Shown: positions 38,362-48,149 of the stretch, piece by piece
Layout: every line of letters begins with the position of its first letter
Position numbering within the stretch: the stretch's first letter is position 1
Assembly: GCA_027021705.1 (NCBI GenBank)
Contig: JALUTT010000012.1
Span: 1 to 64,000 of the forward strand
Length of the DNA stretch: 64,000 nt
Direction of reading: 5' to 3'
From: Anaerolineae bacterium
Lineage (GTDB): Bacteria > Chloroflexota > Anaerolineae > S140-20
Program-made: the position numbers and the translations under genes
Notes under the pieces: model-generated
The model's database searches: none
What the model was told of the DNA's origin: nothing
What the model saw: only the letters and a program-made list of their open reading frames with translations

Positions 38362-39945
38362 ATGGACCGCAAGACATCCACGCTGGTTCTGGCCGGCTTG
38401 CTGATCCTCTTTGTGATGGTGATCAGCCTGGTGCTCTACCTGAGCAACCCGCCTCGACCCGTCTGGCAGTTGACTCAGGTCTGGAGGCGGACTTTCTCCC
38501 AAACGGAAATCCTCAAAGGGATTAACCTGATCGGCGACAAGACGGACGAGATCTTCCTGGCCGGCCCCTCCGGTGTCGCCATCCTGGACAGCCAGGGAGA
38601 GGTGCGCTTCTCGGCCACCTTCGCCGACGCCAAGGCGACTCTGGGGGATTTGGACGGTACACCGCCCGATGAGTTCGTCGTCGTCCGCCGGGGTGAAGGG
38701 GCATCCTGGCAGGCGGATGCCTTCCGAGGCGATGGGAGCCGCCTCTGGAGCCGGGCCTTGCCCGGCTTGGCGGAGCCCAGCCGGGCGGTATCGGTGGACC
38801 TGGAAGGGGATGGTCGTCGGGAGATCGTCATCGGTGACCAACAAGGGGAACTGGTCTGTCTGAACAGCGATGGGTCCATCCGCTGGCGTTTCACCCTCGC
38901 CTCGGGGTCCTCCAATGCCGATGCCTACATCCGGGGGTTGGATGATCTTCCCCTGGGAGATGGACGGATGGCGGTCGCAGCCGCCACCTATGCGGGTGAC
39001 CTGGTGGTTTTGGACGCCAATGGCGCCCCCCTCTGGCAAAGTTCAGACACGGCCGCGCGATTGCGCCGTCTTCGCGTCTACGACCTGAACGGCGATGGGC
39101 GGGGTGAGATCGTCCTGGGCTGGGAGAACGGTCGGGTTGAGGCCCGGTCGGCCACCAACGGGGAGGCGATTTGGCAAACTCGGCTGGGCCAGCGGGTGCA
39201 GGAGATCCGCGACGTGGAACTGAACGGCAACCCGTCCGACCGTGAGATCGTGGTGGGGGGGAAGTCGGGCGCCGTGGTCGGGTACGATGCCCGGGGCGCG
39301 AACCTCCTCAGCGTCTCGGTCGGAGACAAGGTCAAGCGGCTGGCAGGTGCCGACCTAGACGGTGATGGGCGTGATGAGGTCTTCGTAGGGACCGATGGCG
39401 GATGGCTCTACATCTACACGGCGGCCGGCGAACGTCTGGCCGATATGCCGCTGGAGGGGACGGTGCTGAAGCTGGACACCGGGAAGCGCTTGGCTGAAGG
39501 GGACCTTCTGATAGCGGCCGGCGATACGGTCGGGCTGTGGCGCGTTACCAGCCAGCGTCCACCCTGGTGGTACAACCCGCTGGTGGCGGGCTTCTTGGCC
39601 AGCCTGGTCATCGCCGGTCTGGCCTGGGTCGTCGGCGGCATCTCCCCGCCTCCGAAGCTGGAGTACAGCGCCGAGGAGATGAGCGTCGAGGCCCTCCAAG
39701 CGAAGCGGAAGATGCTCATCGAGAGCTTGAGCGAGATGCGTCGCCTCCAGGAACGGGGTGAGATCCCCCCGGATGCTTACGAAGCCCGGATGCGGGAACT
39801 GCGGTCCCACATCGCCCGCACCGAGGCCGAGCTGATCAAGCTGGGCGTGGAGGTGAAGCGAGAGGTGGCCCAGTGCCCCAACTGCGGTGCGCCCATCGAG
39901 GTCGGCGCCGACCGCTGTCCCTACTGCGGGCAGACGCTGCTCTGA
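38362..39945 (+). CDS. Membrane protein with FG-GAP/PQQ-like beta-propeller, coiled coil and C-terminal zinc ribbon
   Basis: Repeated DLxGDGRxEIV motifs, two TM segments, CPNCG...CPYCG. Confidence 0.75.
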   Translation: MDRKTSTLVLAGLLILFVMVISLVLYLSNPPRPVWQLTQVWRRTFSQTEILKGINLIGDKTDEIFLAGPSGVAILDSQGEVRFSATFADAKATLGDLDGTPPDEFVVVRRGEGASWQADAFRGDGSRLWSRALPGLAEPSRAVSVDLEGDGRREIVIGDQQGELVCLNSDGSIRWRFTLASGSSNADAYIRGLDDLPLGDGRMAVAAATYAGDLVVLDANGAPLWQSSDTAARLRRLRVYDLNGDGRGEIVLGWENGRVEARSATNGEAIWQTRLGQRVQEIRDVELNGNPSDREIVVGGKSGAVVGYDARGANLLSVSVGDKVKRLAGADLDGDGRDEVFVGTDGGWLYIYTAAGERLADMPLEGTVLKLDTGKRLAEGDLLIAAGDTVGLWRVTSQRPPWWYNPLVAGFLASLVIAGLAWVVGGISPPPKLEYSAEEMSVEALQAKRKMLIESLSEMRRLQERGEIPPDAYEARMRELRSHIARTEAELIKLGVEVKREVAQCPNCGAPIEVGADRCPYCGQTLL

Positions 39946-40065
39946 TCGAGGCGGAGAGGCCAAACGCATTGAAGCGGTCGTGGCCCGGCAGCCGGCCCCC
40001 GGTGATGTGCTGACGGGCATCTCGGCCCCTTGGGTGGAGTGACCTTCCAGAGGAGGGACGCGGAC

Positions 40066-41187
40066 GTGGGGTGGGGCGGATCCGAAGGCACGGAAGGGAC
40101 TTCGCGCGCGGAGGGTTCCCAACCCCTACTTGGCCCCTACCTGACCGAAGGGCTGCCCGGCGTGGGTGGGCGGCTGCGGGTCGAGAAGGAGGATTTCCTC
40201 GTCGAGGAGGTACCCGCCTACGAGCCCTGTGGTGAGGGCGAGCACACCTTCGTCGGCATCGAGAAGCGGGGGATCTCCACGTGGGAGGCGGTGGAGCGGC
40301 TGGCCCGGGCGGTGGGGGTCCCGCCCAAGACGGTGGGCTACGCCGGCCTCAAGGATGTCCACGCCGTCGCCCGGCAGGTGCTCTCCTTCCAGGGCGTGCC
40401 GCCGGAGCGGTTGGAGGGGCTGGAGCTTCCCGGCGTGCGGGTGCGCTGGGCCCGACGCCATCGGAACAAGCTGAAGCCAGGCCACCTGCGGGGCAACCGC
40501 TTCACCATCCGGCTGCGCGGCGTCGTGCCCGATGCCGTGCGCCGGGCCGAGCCGATCTTGGAAGCGCTCTTTCGACGCGGGGTGCCCAACTACTACGGCC
40601 CCCAGCGGTTCGGTCGGCGCGGGGACAACCACCTGGTGGGCCTGGCCCTCCTCCAGAACGACCGGGAGCGGCTAGCCGCCCTGGGATACCGCCGCCGACT
40701 GAGCAAACGGGAACGCCGCTTCTTCCTCTCGGCCTTCCAGTCCTACCTCTTCAACCGCTACCTGGCCCGGCGGGTTGCCCGGGGCCTGGTGGACGATCTG
40801 CTCCCCGGAGACATCGCCAAGAAGATGGACACGGGGGGCATCTTCATCGTGGAAGATGTGGACGCAGAACGGCCCCGGGCCCGAGCGTTCGCCATCTCGG
40901 CCACGGGGCCGATCTTCGGCTACAAGATGATGCGCCCCCACCGGGAGGCGGCGGAGATGGAGGCGGAGGTGCTGGCAGAGGCCGGGCTCACCCTGGAGGC
41001 ATTCCGGCCCGCCCGCCTGACGGGCCTCCGCCGGCCCGTCCGCTACCGTCCCGAAGGACTGGACTGGTGGCAAGAAGGTGAGGACCTGGTCGTGACCTTC
41101 TTCGCCCCCTCCGGGAGCTACGCCACCGCCCTGCTGCGGGAGTTGATGAAGCCCGGCCTCTCTCCCCTTCCCTCAGGCCCGGCCTGA
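40066..41187 (+). CDS. truD: tRNA pseudouridine(13) synthase TruD
   Basis: EDFLVEE, YAGLKD, GNRF, PNYYGPQRFG, QSYLFN, GSYAT; GTG start after AGGAGG. Confidence 0.95.
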   Translation: MGWGGSEGTEGTSRAEGSQPLLGPYLTEGLPGVGGRLRVEKEDFLVEEVPAYEPCGEGEHTFVGIEKRGISTWEAVERLARAVGVPPKTVGYAGLKDVHAVARQVLSFQGVPPERLEGLELPGVRVRWARRHRNKLKPGHLRGNRFTIRLRGVVPDAVRRAEPILEALFRRGVPNYYGPQRFGRRGDNHLVGLALLQNDRERLAALGYRRRLSKRERRFFLSAFQSYLFNRYLARRVARGLVDDLLPGDIAKKMDTGGIFIVEDVDAERPRARAFAISATGPIFGYKMMRPHREAAEMEAEVLAEAGLTLEAFRPARLTGLRRPVRYRPEGLDWWQEGEDLVVTFFAPSGSYATALLRELMKPGLSPLPSGPA

Positions 41188-41225
41188 CCGAGCCGGCGCG
41201 GGAACTTGTGGGAGGGGGAGTCTGG

Positions 41226-41306
41226 TCAGATGAACAGGTTGATATCCGCGTCGGCGGCGAAGTCGAGGAAGCCGGCCGCCCCCAGGCAAGAGATGCCCTT
41301 GATCAG
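41226..41306 (-). pseudogene. C-terminal stub of a DsrE/DsrF/DrsH-like (YrkE-type) protein
   Basis: LIKGISCLGAAGFLDFAADADINLFI-stop matches the recalled family C-terminus; no upstream part. Confidence 0.65.
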
Positions 41307-41320
41307 ACGGGGGCCTGAGT

Positions 41321-42541
41321 TCACTCCCAGGTGCGCTGATCGAGGATGGGAGGCGCATCGGCGGGGAGGGCGTCCACGAAGGCGATCTCGGCCCGGAAAC
41401 GGAGGGCGTCGCGGATAGCCCGGGCCAGGCGTTCGGCCAGGGCTTCCCGGTCGGCGCCGGGGTCGGTCGGCACCACCCGGCAGGTCAGGTAGTCCACGTG
41501 GGCCTCCCGGGTGACGACCATCTGCCAGGCGGCCACATCGGGGAAGCGGGCCATCACCTCGGCGGCCTGGCGGGGATGGAGGAACATCCCGCGCACCTTG
41601 ACGGCGTCGCCCACCCGGCCCTGCCAACCCACCAGCCGGGGGGTGGGACGTCCGCAGGGACAGGGCTCGGGGTCCAGCGCCGACAGGTCTCCGGTGCCGA
41701 AACGGATGAGGGGGTAAGCTTCGTGGAAGAGGGTGACGACGACCTCGCCGGTCTGGCCCGGCGGGAGGGGCTGGCCGGTGTTGATGTCGCAGACCTGGAC
41801 CAGGGCGTCCTCGGGCAGGTGCCACCCGGCCTCCTCCTCGCACTCGTAGCCCAGGTTACCGGCCTCGGCGGTTCCGTAGCCCTGGCGGACGGTGAGGCCG
41901 TAGCCCTGAAGGTGCTGTCGAAGGGAGGGGGGGAGCGGTTCGGCGGTGACGAAGGCGACGCGCAGGGGCCATCGGTGGGGATCGTGCCCCAGGGCTTTTG
42001 CCTTCTCCAGCAGGGCTTTCAAATAGCTGGGCAGGCCGATGTAGCCCGTCACGCCCAGACGGACCATCGCTTCGATCTGTTGCTCCTGGCTGCCGATGCC
42101 GCCGGGGAGGACGACGCATCCCAAGGCCCGCAGGCCGGACTCGAACATCGCGCCGGCCGGGGTCAAGTGGTAACTGAAGGCGTTGAGGACGATGTCGCCC
42201 GGTCGGAAGCCGGCCGCTTCCAAGGCCGGGGCCCAGCGCCAGTAGTCGGCCACGTCGGCCTCGGGCTCGTTGATGGGGCCGGGCGACTGGAAGACCCGGC
42301 GCAGTCGGGCCGGTTCCACGGCCAAAAGCCCTCCGAAGGGCGGATCGGCCTGCTGGAGGGCGATGAGGTCGTCCTTGCGCAGGACGGGGAGCCGGGCCAG
42401 GTCCGCTGCCGACCGTATGGCGTCGGGCGTGAGTCCTGCTTCCTCGAAGCGCCGACGGGTGGCCGGCGCGTGGGCGTAGGCATGGGCGACGATGGCGCGA
42501 ACCCGTTCGTCGAAGGTCGCGTAGAAGGTTGCCACGTCCAA
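41321..42541 (-). CDS. Phenylacetate-CoA ligase family protein
   Basis: LPVLRKDDL, SPGP, QGYGTAEAG, IRFGTGDLS, GRVGDAVKVRGMF. Confidence 0.88.
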   Translation of the reverse strand: MDVATFYATFDERVRAIVAHAYAHAPATRRRFEEAGLTPDAIRSAADLARLPVLRKDDLIALQQADPPFGGLLAVEPARLRRVFQSPGPINEPEADVADYWRWAPALEAAGFRPGDIVLNAFSYHLTPAGAMFESGLRALGCVVLPGGIGSQEQQIEAMVRLGVTGYIGLPSYLKALLEKAKALGHDPHRWPLRVAFVTAEPLPPSLRQHLQGYGLTVRQGYGTAEAGNLGYECEEEAGWHLPEDALVQVCDINTGQPLPPGQTGEVVVTLFHEAYPLIRFGTGDLSALDPEPCPCGRPTPRLVGWQGRVGDAVKVRGMFLHPRQAAEVMARFPDVAAWQMVVTREAHVDYLTCRVVPTDPGADREALAERLARAIRDALRFRAEIAFVDALPADAPPILDQRTWE

Positions 42542-42544
42542 CGG

Positions 42545-43111
42545 TTACTCCTCCTCCTGGAGCAGGGCCTCTAAGGCCGCGTAGAAGGCGTCCAAGCTCT
42601 CCACCCGGGCAGCCAGGCTCACCAGTTCGCGCAAGAGCCGAGGGTCCTCAATAGCCGCCAAGCGTTCCTCCATCTCTTGGGCAACCCGATGGGGGAGGTC
42701 AAAGCGCGTCACCAGGAAATCCACGATGGCTTCCCGTCGAGCCTGCAAGAGCCCCTGCTGGAGCCCCTGCTGGAGCCCCTGCTGGAGTCCCTGCTGGAGC
42801 CCCTGCTGAAGCCCCTGCCGAAGGCCCTCCTGAAGCCCCTCACGCATCCCCTCCTCCCTCCCCTTGCGGATGCCTTCCTCGATCCACTCCTCGATGAAAC
42901 CAACCTCGCGCATCATCTCCACCTCCTCTCGAAAGAAGTCCCACAGAAAGTCCCGCTCAAAGTATCGGCTCGCCACCGTCACCGCCGCCGCCAACAACTC
43001 CGCCCGCCGCCGCTCATCCCGCTCCTCCAGGATCAGCCGCCGCTCCTCCACCAACACCCCCTCGTCTCGCTCCTCGGTCACCACCACCAGCAGCGGAGCC
43101 AAGGCCCGCAA
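42545..43111 (-). pseudogene. C-terminal part of an Rpn/YhgA-like (putative transposase) protein with GLQQ repeats
   Basis: EEWIEEG...(GLQQ)n...LVTRF tail; nuclease N-terminus absent; internal AGGAGGT RBS before ATG 42916. Confidence 0.7.
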
Positions 43112-43133
43112 CTCCCCGCTCCGTATCCGACCT

Positions 43134-43928
43134 TTATGAAAGCCACCGTTTGCGCCGCTTGTAGTGTTTGACGTCTCGGTAGGACTTGCGCTTCCCGACC
43201 TCCGTCAGCCCCAGGTAGAACTCCTTGACATCCTCGTTGTCGCGCAGGGTAGCGGTGTCGCCTTCCAACACAATGCGGCCATTTTCCATTATATAGCCAT
43301 AGTCGGCGATGGAGAGGGCCAGGTTGGCGTTCTGCTCCACCAGCAGGATGGTGGTTCCTTCCTCCCGGTTGATGCGCTGGATGATCCCGAAGATTTCCTG
43401 CACCAGGAGGGGAGCCAACCCCAGAGAGGGCTCGTCCAGGAGCATCAGCCGGGGGCGGGCCATCAGCGCCCGTCCGATGGCCAGCATCTGCTGCTCGCCG
43501 CCGGAGAGGTAGCCGGCCTTGGCCTTCCGGCGCTCCTTCAGCCGGGGGAAGTAGTGGTAGACGTGCTCGATGTCCTCTCGAATCCGCTGGCGGTCAGGCC
43601 GGGTGTAGGCGCCGGCCAGCAGGTTCTCTTCCACGGTCAGATGCTCGAAGACCCGCCGCCCTTCCATCACCTGGAAGATGCCCATCCGCACGATCTCGGC
43701 GGCCTCTTTTTTGTCAATACGCTCCCCGGCGAACTCGATGGAGCCGTCGGTCACCTCGCCGTTCTCGGGCTTGAGCAGGCCGGAGATCGCCTTGAGGGTC
43801 GTCGTCTTGCCCGCCCCGTTGGCCCCCAGCAGGGCAACGATCTGGCCCTCGCCGACCTCCATCGAGAGCCCCTTCAGCACCAGGATAAAGTCGTTGTAGA
43901 TGACCTCAACGTTGTTGAGGGTGAGCAT
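43134..43928 (-). CDS. ABC transporter ATP-binding protein (LivF-like)
   Basis: GANGAGKT, LSGGEQQM, LLDEPSLGLAP, VEQN. Confidence 0.93.
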   Translation of the reverse strand: MLTLNNVEVIYNDFILVLKGLSMEVGEGQIVALLGANGAGKTTTLKAISGLLKPENGEVTDGSIEFAGERIDKKEAAEIVRMGIFQVMEGRRVFEHLTVEENLLAGAYTRPDRQRIREDIEHVYHYFPRLKERRKAKAGYLSGGEQQMLAIGRALMARPRLMLLDEPSLGLAPLLVQEIFGIIQRINREEGTTILLVEQNANLALSIADYGYIMENGRIVLEGDTATLRDNEDVKEFYLGLTEVGKRKSYRDVKHYKRRKRWLS

Positions 43929-43943
43929 AGCGGCCTCCTGTGG

Positions 43944-43975
43944 GGTGCCCGGCACCCCACGGGGTGCCGGGCACC
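43944..43975. repeat. Perfect 15-bp inverted repeat hairpin between SBP and ATPase genes
   Basis: GGTGCCCGGCACCCC-AC-GGGGTGCCGGGCACC. Confidence 0.75.
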
Positions 43976-43991
43976 AGACCCAGGGTCAAGA

Positions 43992-45194
43992 CTATCCACC
44001 GGGCACCGAGATGTAATCGGTGAGCTGGACCCACTGGCCGTTCTCGACCTTGAAGAGGCGCAGGGACTTGGTCCCCCGGTGATCGGTGGGTGAGAAGGAG
44101 ACAGGGGCCGTGACGCCACCCGTGTCGAAGTTCTGCAGGCTCTCCAGGGCGGCCCGGATGTTCTCGCCGTTGACCTCCTTCCCGTCCTTGACCACCTTGC
44201 GGATGCCCTCGGTCATCACGGCCATCGTCCACCAGCCCTGGATGTAGTGGAGTCCCTTCTCCTGCAGGGAGGAGCCCTTGCCCTTGAGGAACTCGTCGGC
44301 ATCCTTCATGCCGGGGACGGAGACGCTGGGAGGCGTGAAGGGCATCGCGCCAATGACCCCTTCGGCCGCGTCCTTGGCCAAGTTGATCAGAATCTCATCG
44401 GCGCACCAGTTGAGGCAGATGAATTGGACCTCATCTGTCATGCCCAGGCTCTGGGCGTTCTTCAACGCCATCGCAGCCGGGCTGGAGACCGTCTGCATCA
44501 CCACGTAGTTGGCCCCGAAGTCCCGAATCCGGGTCAGTTCAGCGGTGAAGTCCGTGGCTCCCTTGGGCTGGGCCAGTTCCATCATCTCAATGCCCTTGGG
44601 CTCTCCGAAAGCTTTGCCATCCTCCCAGGGGGAGAGGCCGAAAGGGCTGTCATGGTGGAAGAGGACGACCTTGGGGTTGCCGCTCATCCCCTTGGCCTTC
44701 CAGTCGTCCAGGATCCACTGAAGGACGATGATGAACTGGTCGGAGTAGGTGGTGCCCACCAGGAAGTTGTAGGGGGCCTCGTCAATCTTGGCCAGGTTGG
44801 CCGAGTAGGAGGCGGACATGAAGGGGATCTTGTCCTCAGCGATGCGCCCTCGCAGCGCCTCCGTATCGCCGGTGCCCCACCCCATGAAGGCTACCACGCC
44901 CTCCTGGACATACTGGGAGTAGAGCTGCTCAGCCTGGTCCACCTTGTAGGCGTAGTCTTGGAAGATCAGCTCGATGGTACGGCCTTCGACGCCGCCCTTG
45001 CCGTTCAGCCACTCCACGTAGTCACGCACCCCTTCGGAGTAGGGCGTGCCCACGTCGGAAGTGGGGCCGGTCAGGTCGAAGATCGCACCGACCTTGATGG
45101 GGCCGCCTTTGGCTCCCCCTCCTCCCCCACAGGCCGTGACGACGAGGGTGGAGAGGAGCACGATGGTGAGAACAGCCGACAGCTTGCGGTTCAT
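43992..45194 (-). CDS. ABC transporter substrate-binding lipoprotein (Liv-type)
   Basis: Lipobox-like VTAC, IKVGAIFDLTGP, GWGTGDT. Confidence 0.92.
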   Translation of the reverse strand: MNRKLSAVLTIVLLSTLVVTACGGGGGAKGGPIKVGAIFDLTGPTSDVGTPYSEGVRDYVEWLNGKGGVEGRTIELIFQDYAYKVDQAEQLYSQYVQEGVVAFMGWGTGDTEALRGRIAEDKIPFMSASYSANLAKIDEAPYNFLVGTTYSDQFIIVLQWILDDWKAKGMSGNPKVVLFHHDSPFGLSPWEDGKAFGEPKGIEMMELAQPKGATDFTAELTRIRDFGANYVVMQTVSSPAAMALKNAQSLGMTDEVQFICLNWCADEILINLAKDAAEGVIGAMPFTPPSVSVPGMKDADEFLKGKGSSLQEKGLHYIQGWWTMAVMTEGIRKVVKDGKEVNGENIRAALESLQNFDTGGVTAPVSFSPTDHRGTKSLRLFKVENGQWVQLTDYISVPGG

Positions 45195-45402
45195 AGCTCT
45201 CCTCCTTGTGCAAAGGTCTGGCTACAGATGGTCGCTCCAGGGCCTTGGTCTCCGTTTTGGGCGCTCACCTCCTTTCTGCTGGTCGGTCTCTTGGCATCTC
45301 CCCATCCTCCGCGCCAAGCTCAGCCTGAGAGGGAAATCGGGAGACGGCTCCGATCGCTCCTGGCGGTGGGAGCCGTCCCCCTGTCCCAGTCCAGGTCAGA
45401 CC

Positions 45403-46059
45403 CTACTCGCAGGGAGCCACCCAGACGTTGACCAACTCGATGCCGGCCTCCTGCAATGCCCGACGGATGGCTTCCTCACCTGCGCCCTCAATGCGCATCG
45501 TGATGAAGAGATGCTCCGGATCATCCCCTTTGAAGCTGCCAATGGCGTGGATGTTGCCCTGGATAGAAGCGATGACACTGGTGGCCCGGGCCAACTGTCC
45601 GGGGAGATCGGGGACGCGGATGGTGATCCGCACGGGGCACTCGCCCCCTCCCAAGATCTCCACGAACAGCTTGAAGATGTCGGTTTCGGTGATGATACCC
45701 ACCAGCTTGCCGTCATCTACAACGGGGAGGCTGCCGATCTTGTGCTCGACCATGATGCGAGCCGCTTCTTCCACAGGCAGGTCCCCTTCGACGGTGATCA
45801 CAGGGCTGGTCATCACCTCTTCGACCTTCAGCTTGGAGAGCAGGTAGTTGATCTCAAAGACGCTGAGGCTGGTGGCGGCCGAAGGGGAGGCGTGGAGCAT
45901 GTCCTTCTCAACGACGATCCCCACCAGGCGCCCCTTCTTGTCCACCACGGGTAGCCGGCGGAAACGATGCTCCCGCATCAGGCGGAAGGCCTCAGGAAAG
46001 GAGGTCTCAGGCGTAACAGTCACAGGATTGGGCGTCATACGGTCTCGAACAAGCATCAC
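45403..46059 (-). CDS. CBS-pair plus ACT domain protein (AcuB-like)
   Basis: MTPNPVTV, RRLPVVD, GSLPVVDDGKLVGIITETD, DLPGQLA. Confidence 0.88.
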   Translation of the reverse strand: MMLVRDRMTPNPVTVTPETSFPEAFRLMREHRFRRLPVVDKKGRLVGIVVEKDMLHASPSAATSLSVFEINYLLSKLKVEEVMTSPVITVEGDLPVEEAARIMVEHKIGSLPVVDDGKLVGIITETDIFKLFVEILGGGECPVRITIRVPDLPGQLARATSVIASIQGNIHAIGSFKGDDPEHLFITMRIEGAGEEAIRRALQEAGIELVNVWVAPCE

Positions 46060-46099
46060 TCACTCCTCTCGTCAGTAGGATGACAAAGGTTGGATACGG

Positions 46100-47149
46100 T
46101 CAGTAAGAGAAGGGCCATAGGGCGAAGTAGCTCTTGATGTCACGCCAGATCTTGGCCAGCCCCTCGGGCTCGATCACCAGGAAGAAGATGATCACAATGC
46201 CGAAGATGCCTTGCTGGATGAAGGGGAGCAACTGGGCCATGGCCGGGATGGTGGTCTGGAACTGGCGGCCTACGTTGGTGATGAAGGCCGGCACCAGGAC
46301 CATGAAAGCAGCACCATAGATGGAGCCGGAGACCGACCCCAGGCCGCCGATGATGATCATCGCCAGGTAGAGGATGGAGGTCTCGATGGTGAAACGCTCC
46401 CAGGAGATGATGCCCCGGTAGTGGGCGGTGAGCGCGCCGGTGAGCCCGACGAAGAAGGACGAGGTGGCGAAGGCCAGCAGCTTGTACAGGAAGAGGTTGA
46501 TCCCGATCACCTCGGCTGCGATGTCCTGGTCCCGGATGGCGACGAAGGCCCGCCCAACCCGGGTGCGGAAGAGGTTGGCGGTGAAGAGGGTTGTGGCCGC
46601 GGCAAAGGCCATGATGATCCAGTAGAAGGTCCGATCGCCGCGCAGGGCGACCCCCAGCACGACGTTGGCCTCCCGGCGGAGGACCAGGGCCTCCACTCCG
46701 CCGGTCAAGCTCGTCCAGTGGGTGATCAGCCAGTCAATGATCTGCTGGGCTGCCAGGGTGGCGATGGCCAGGTAGAGCCCCTTCAGCCGCAGGGAGGGGA
46801 TGCCGAAGATGGCCCCCACACCGGCGGTCAGCAGGCTGGCGGCCGGGATGGTCAGCCAGATGGGCCAGCCCAGCCGGTTGGCCATGATGCCGGCCCCGTA
46901 AGCTCCCACGGCCATAAAGGCCCCCTGCCCCAGGGAGATCTGGCCGGTGAACCCGGTCAGGATGTTGAGGCCGATGGCCCCGATGGCCGCCAGCCCGATC
47001 TGGTTGGCCAGCGTCAGCCAGTAGCGGTTCGCCACGAAGGGGAAGACGAGGATGAAGCCCAGCAGAAGCACCAGGCGCGCCTTCTCCATCCACGTGTGGC
47101 GGAAGGCCATATCCTGCTGATAGGTAGTGTGGAAGATGCCGCATTCCAT
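46100..47149 (-). CDS. Branched-chain amino acid-type ABC permease (LivM-like)
   Basis: GLNILTGFTGQISLGQ, LRLKGLYLAIATL, IIGGLGS. Confidence 0.92.
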   Translation of the reverse strand: MECGIFHTTYQQDMAFRHTWMEKARLVLLLGFILVFPFVANRYWLTLANQIGLAAIGAIGLNILTGFTGQISLGQGAFMAVGAYGAGIMANRLGWPIWLTIPAASLLTAGVGAIFGIPSLRLKGLYLAIATLAAQQIIDWLITHWTSLTGGVEALVLRREANVVLGVALRGDRTFYWIIMAFAAATTLFTANLFRTRVGRAFVAIRDQDIAAEVIGINLFLYKLLAFATSSFFVGLTGALTAHYRGIISWERFTIETSILYLAMIIIGGLGSVSGSIYGAAFMVLVPAFITNVGRQFQTTIPAMAQLLPFIQQGIFGIVIIFFLVIEPEGLAKIWRDIKSYFALWPFSY

Positions 47150-47164
47150 AGCGCGTTCCCTCGC

Positions 47165-48037
47165 TTATACCCGCTCGATGATCTCCTGCCCGAAGAGGCC
47201 GTAGGGGCGGACCATCAGGATGAGGACCAGAACGATGAAGGGAATCACCTGGCTGAGCCCCTGGCCGATGTAGCCGCCGGTGTAAGCTTCCAGCAGGCCG
47301 ATGATGGCCCCGCCCAGGATGGCCCCGGGGATGGAATCCAACCCTCCCAGGATGACGACGGGGAAGACCCGCAGGCCAACACCGCTCACATCCCCGCTCA
47401 CCCCAACGATGTTGGCCACCATCACGCCGCCCACCGCAGCGGTGGCGGCGGCGATGGACCAGGAGACGGCGAAGACCCGCCGGACGCTGATGCCCATCGA
47501 GAGGGCCGCCTGCTGGTCGTCGGCGATGGCTCGCATGGCGATCCCCTCCCGCGAGTAGCGGAAAAAGAGGGAGAAGAGCCCCAACAGGATCAGCGCGATG
47601 ACGATGGCCAGCAGGCGATCCATCCCTACCACCGCCGTACCCAGGTAGACTTCGTGGCTAGGGATGAAGGGGGGGAATTCCCGAGGCACCGGTCCCCAAA
47701 TGGCGTTGACGATCGCTTTGAGGAGGCTGGAGAGGCCGATGGTGACCATGATCATCGAGATGATGGGCTCGCCGATGAGGGGACGGAGGACGAAGCGCTC
47801 GATGAGCACACCGATGAAGACGGCGACCACCAGGGTCAGCAGCACGCCCAGGGGCCAGATCAGCCCCTGCTGGGCGACGAAAAAGAAGGTGAGGTAGGCA
47901 CCGAAGAGGAGCAGTTCCCCCTGGGCGAAGTTGAGGACATCGCTGGATTTGTAGATGAGGACGAACCCCAGGGCGACCAGGGCATAGATCGCCCCATTGG
48001 TCAGACCGGAGACGGTCAACTGCACCAACTTTTCCAT
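47165..48037 (-). CDS. Branched-chain amino acid-type ABC permease (LivH-like)
   Basis: GAIYALVALGFVLIY, LNFAQG, ILGGLDS, RPYGLFG. Confidence 0.92.
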   Translation of the reverse strand: MEKLVQLTVSGLTNGAIYALVALGFVLIYKSSDVLNFAQGELLLFGAYLTFFFVAQQGLIWPLGVLLTLVVAVFIGVLIERFVLRPLIGEPIISMIMVTIGLSSLLKAIVNAIWGPVPREFPPFIPSHEVYLGTAVVGMDRLLAIVIALILLGLFSLFFRYSREGIAMRAIADDQQAALSMGISVRRVFAVSWSIAAATAAVGGVMVANIVGVSGDVSGVGLRVFPVVILGGLDSIPGAILGGAIIGLLEAYTGGYIGQGLSQVIPFIVLVLILMVRPYGLFGQEIIERV

Positions 48038-48149
48038 AAGCGAACCCCTGACGTTGTCTGGATGCCTCGCGGATGGGAAGAGTCCTGAACGTCCGGTCGA
48101 GGAAGGAGGACTTCAAAAGCCCGGCGCAATCGAGAAGGGGCCAACCCCG

